Part shown: in pieces, positions 19,740-20,000 of the stretch | Position numbering within the stretch: the stretch's first letter is position 1 | Layout: every line of letters begins with the position of its first letter | From: Craspedostauros australis | Lineage: Eukaryota | Assembly (NCBI GenBank): GCA_030167865.1 | Contig: JALAGF010003459.1 | Span: 55,533 to 75,532 of the forward strand | Length of the DNA stretch: 20,000 bases | Direction: 5' to 3' | Program-made: the position numbers and the translations under genes | Notes under the pieces: model-generated | Databases searched by the model: none | Told to the model about the DNA's origin: nothing | The model's input: the letters and a program-made list of their open reading frames with translations, nothing else

Positions 19740-19854
19740 TGTTAGAACGTAATCGTAGATGGGTCGTAGGATACCGCACCGAGAACGTAGAGTGATCAAG
19801 TCGTTGTTGTTGGTGAGGAGAGTGTTTGTTTACTGTATTATTCGTATGGTAGTA
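19740..19854. mobile_element. Possible LTR-retrotransposon terminus inserted into the ABCG exon
   Basis: ABCG similarity stops at ...tatgg|TGTTAGAAC..., and TGTT...AACA is the canonical LTR end. There is no usable splice acceptor between the gap and the PYFDRIG codons, and the sequence runs into an assembly gap. The other terminus and any coding domains are not visible. Confidence 0.45.
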
Positions 19855-19888
19855 NNNNNNNNNNNNNNNNNNNNNNNNNNNNNNNNNN
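19855..19888. other. Assembly gap (34 N)
   Basis: Run of N bases. Confidence 1.
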
Positions 19889-20000
19889 GAACTGTGAGCA
19901 TGAGAGAGACATGACAGGTCTCATGCAATTTGCAAGTGAAATTAACACGGAGACAACACGGCAAATGTGCGTGTTACTGCGTGAAGATGAGGTGCAAAAG

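Overview
Eukaryotic genomic DNA, most likely a diatom or other stramenopile. That taxonomy is inferred from a GT-AG intron, a bipartite-looking presequence on the MATE protein and a stand-alone COG3899-type ATPase, and there is no operon structure. There are five intact, apparently intronless genes: a DinF-like MATE transporter (-), a 1364-aa STAND/COG3899-type AAA ATPase with a helical-repeat C-terminus (-), an NPPY-motif amino (N6-adenine-like) methyltransferase with NLS-rich ends (+), a PAQR/haemolysin-III (CREST) membrane protein with its metal-binding His motifs present (-), and a Zn-dependent MDR alcohol dehydrogenase (-). Two loci look damaged. One is a RibD-reductase-like relic that appears to have an internal deletion. 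The other is the 3' half of an ABCG transporter with a 258-nt intron, an in-frame TAG where Trp would fit, and an abrupt 5' junction to an LTR-like terminus next to a 34-nt assembly gap. The best leads are the putative nuclear phage/Dam-like methyltransferase, its head-to-head arrangement with the STAND ATPase, and the interrupted ABCG gene. All family calls come from motif recognition, not from database searches.
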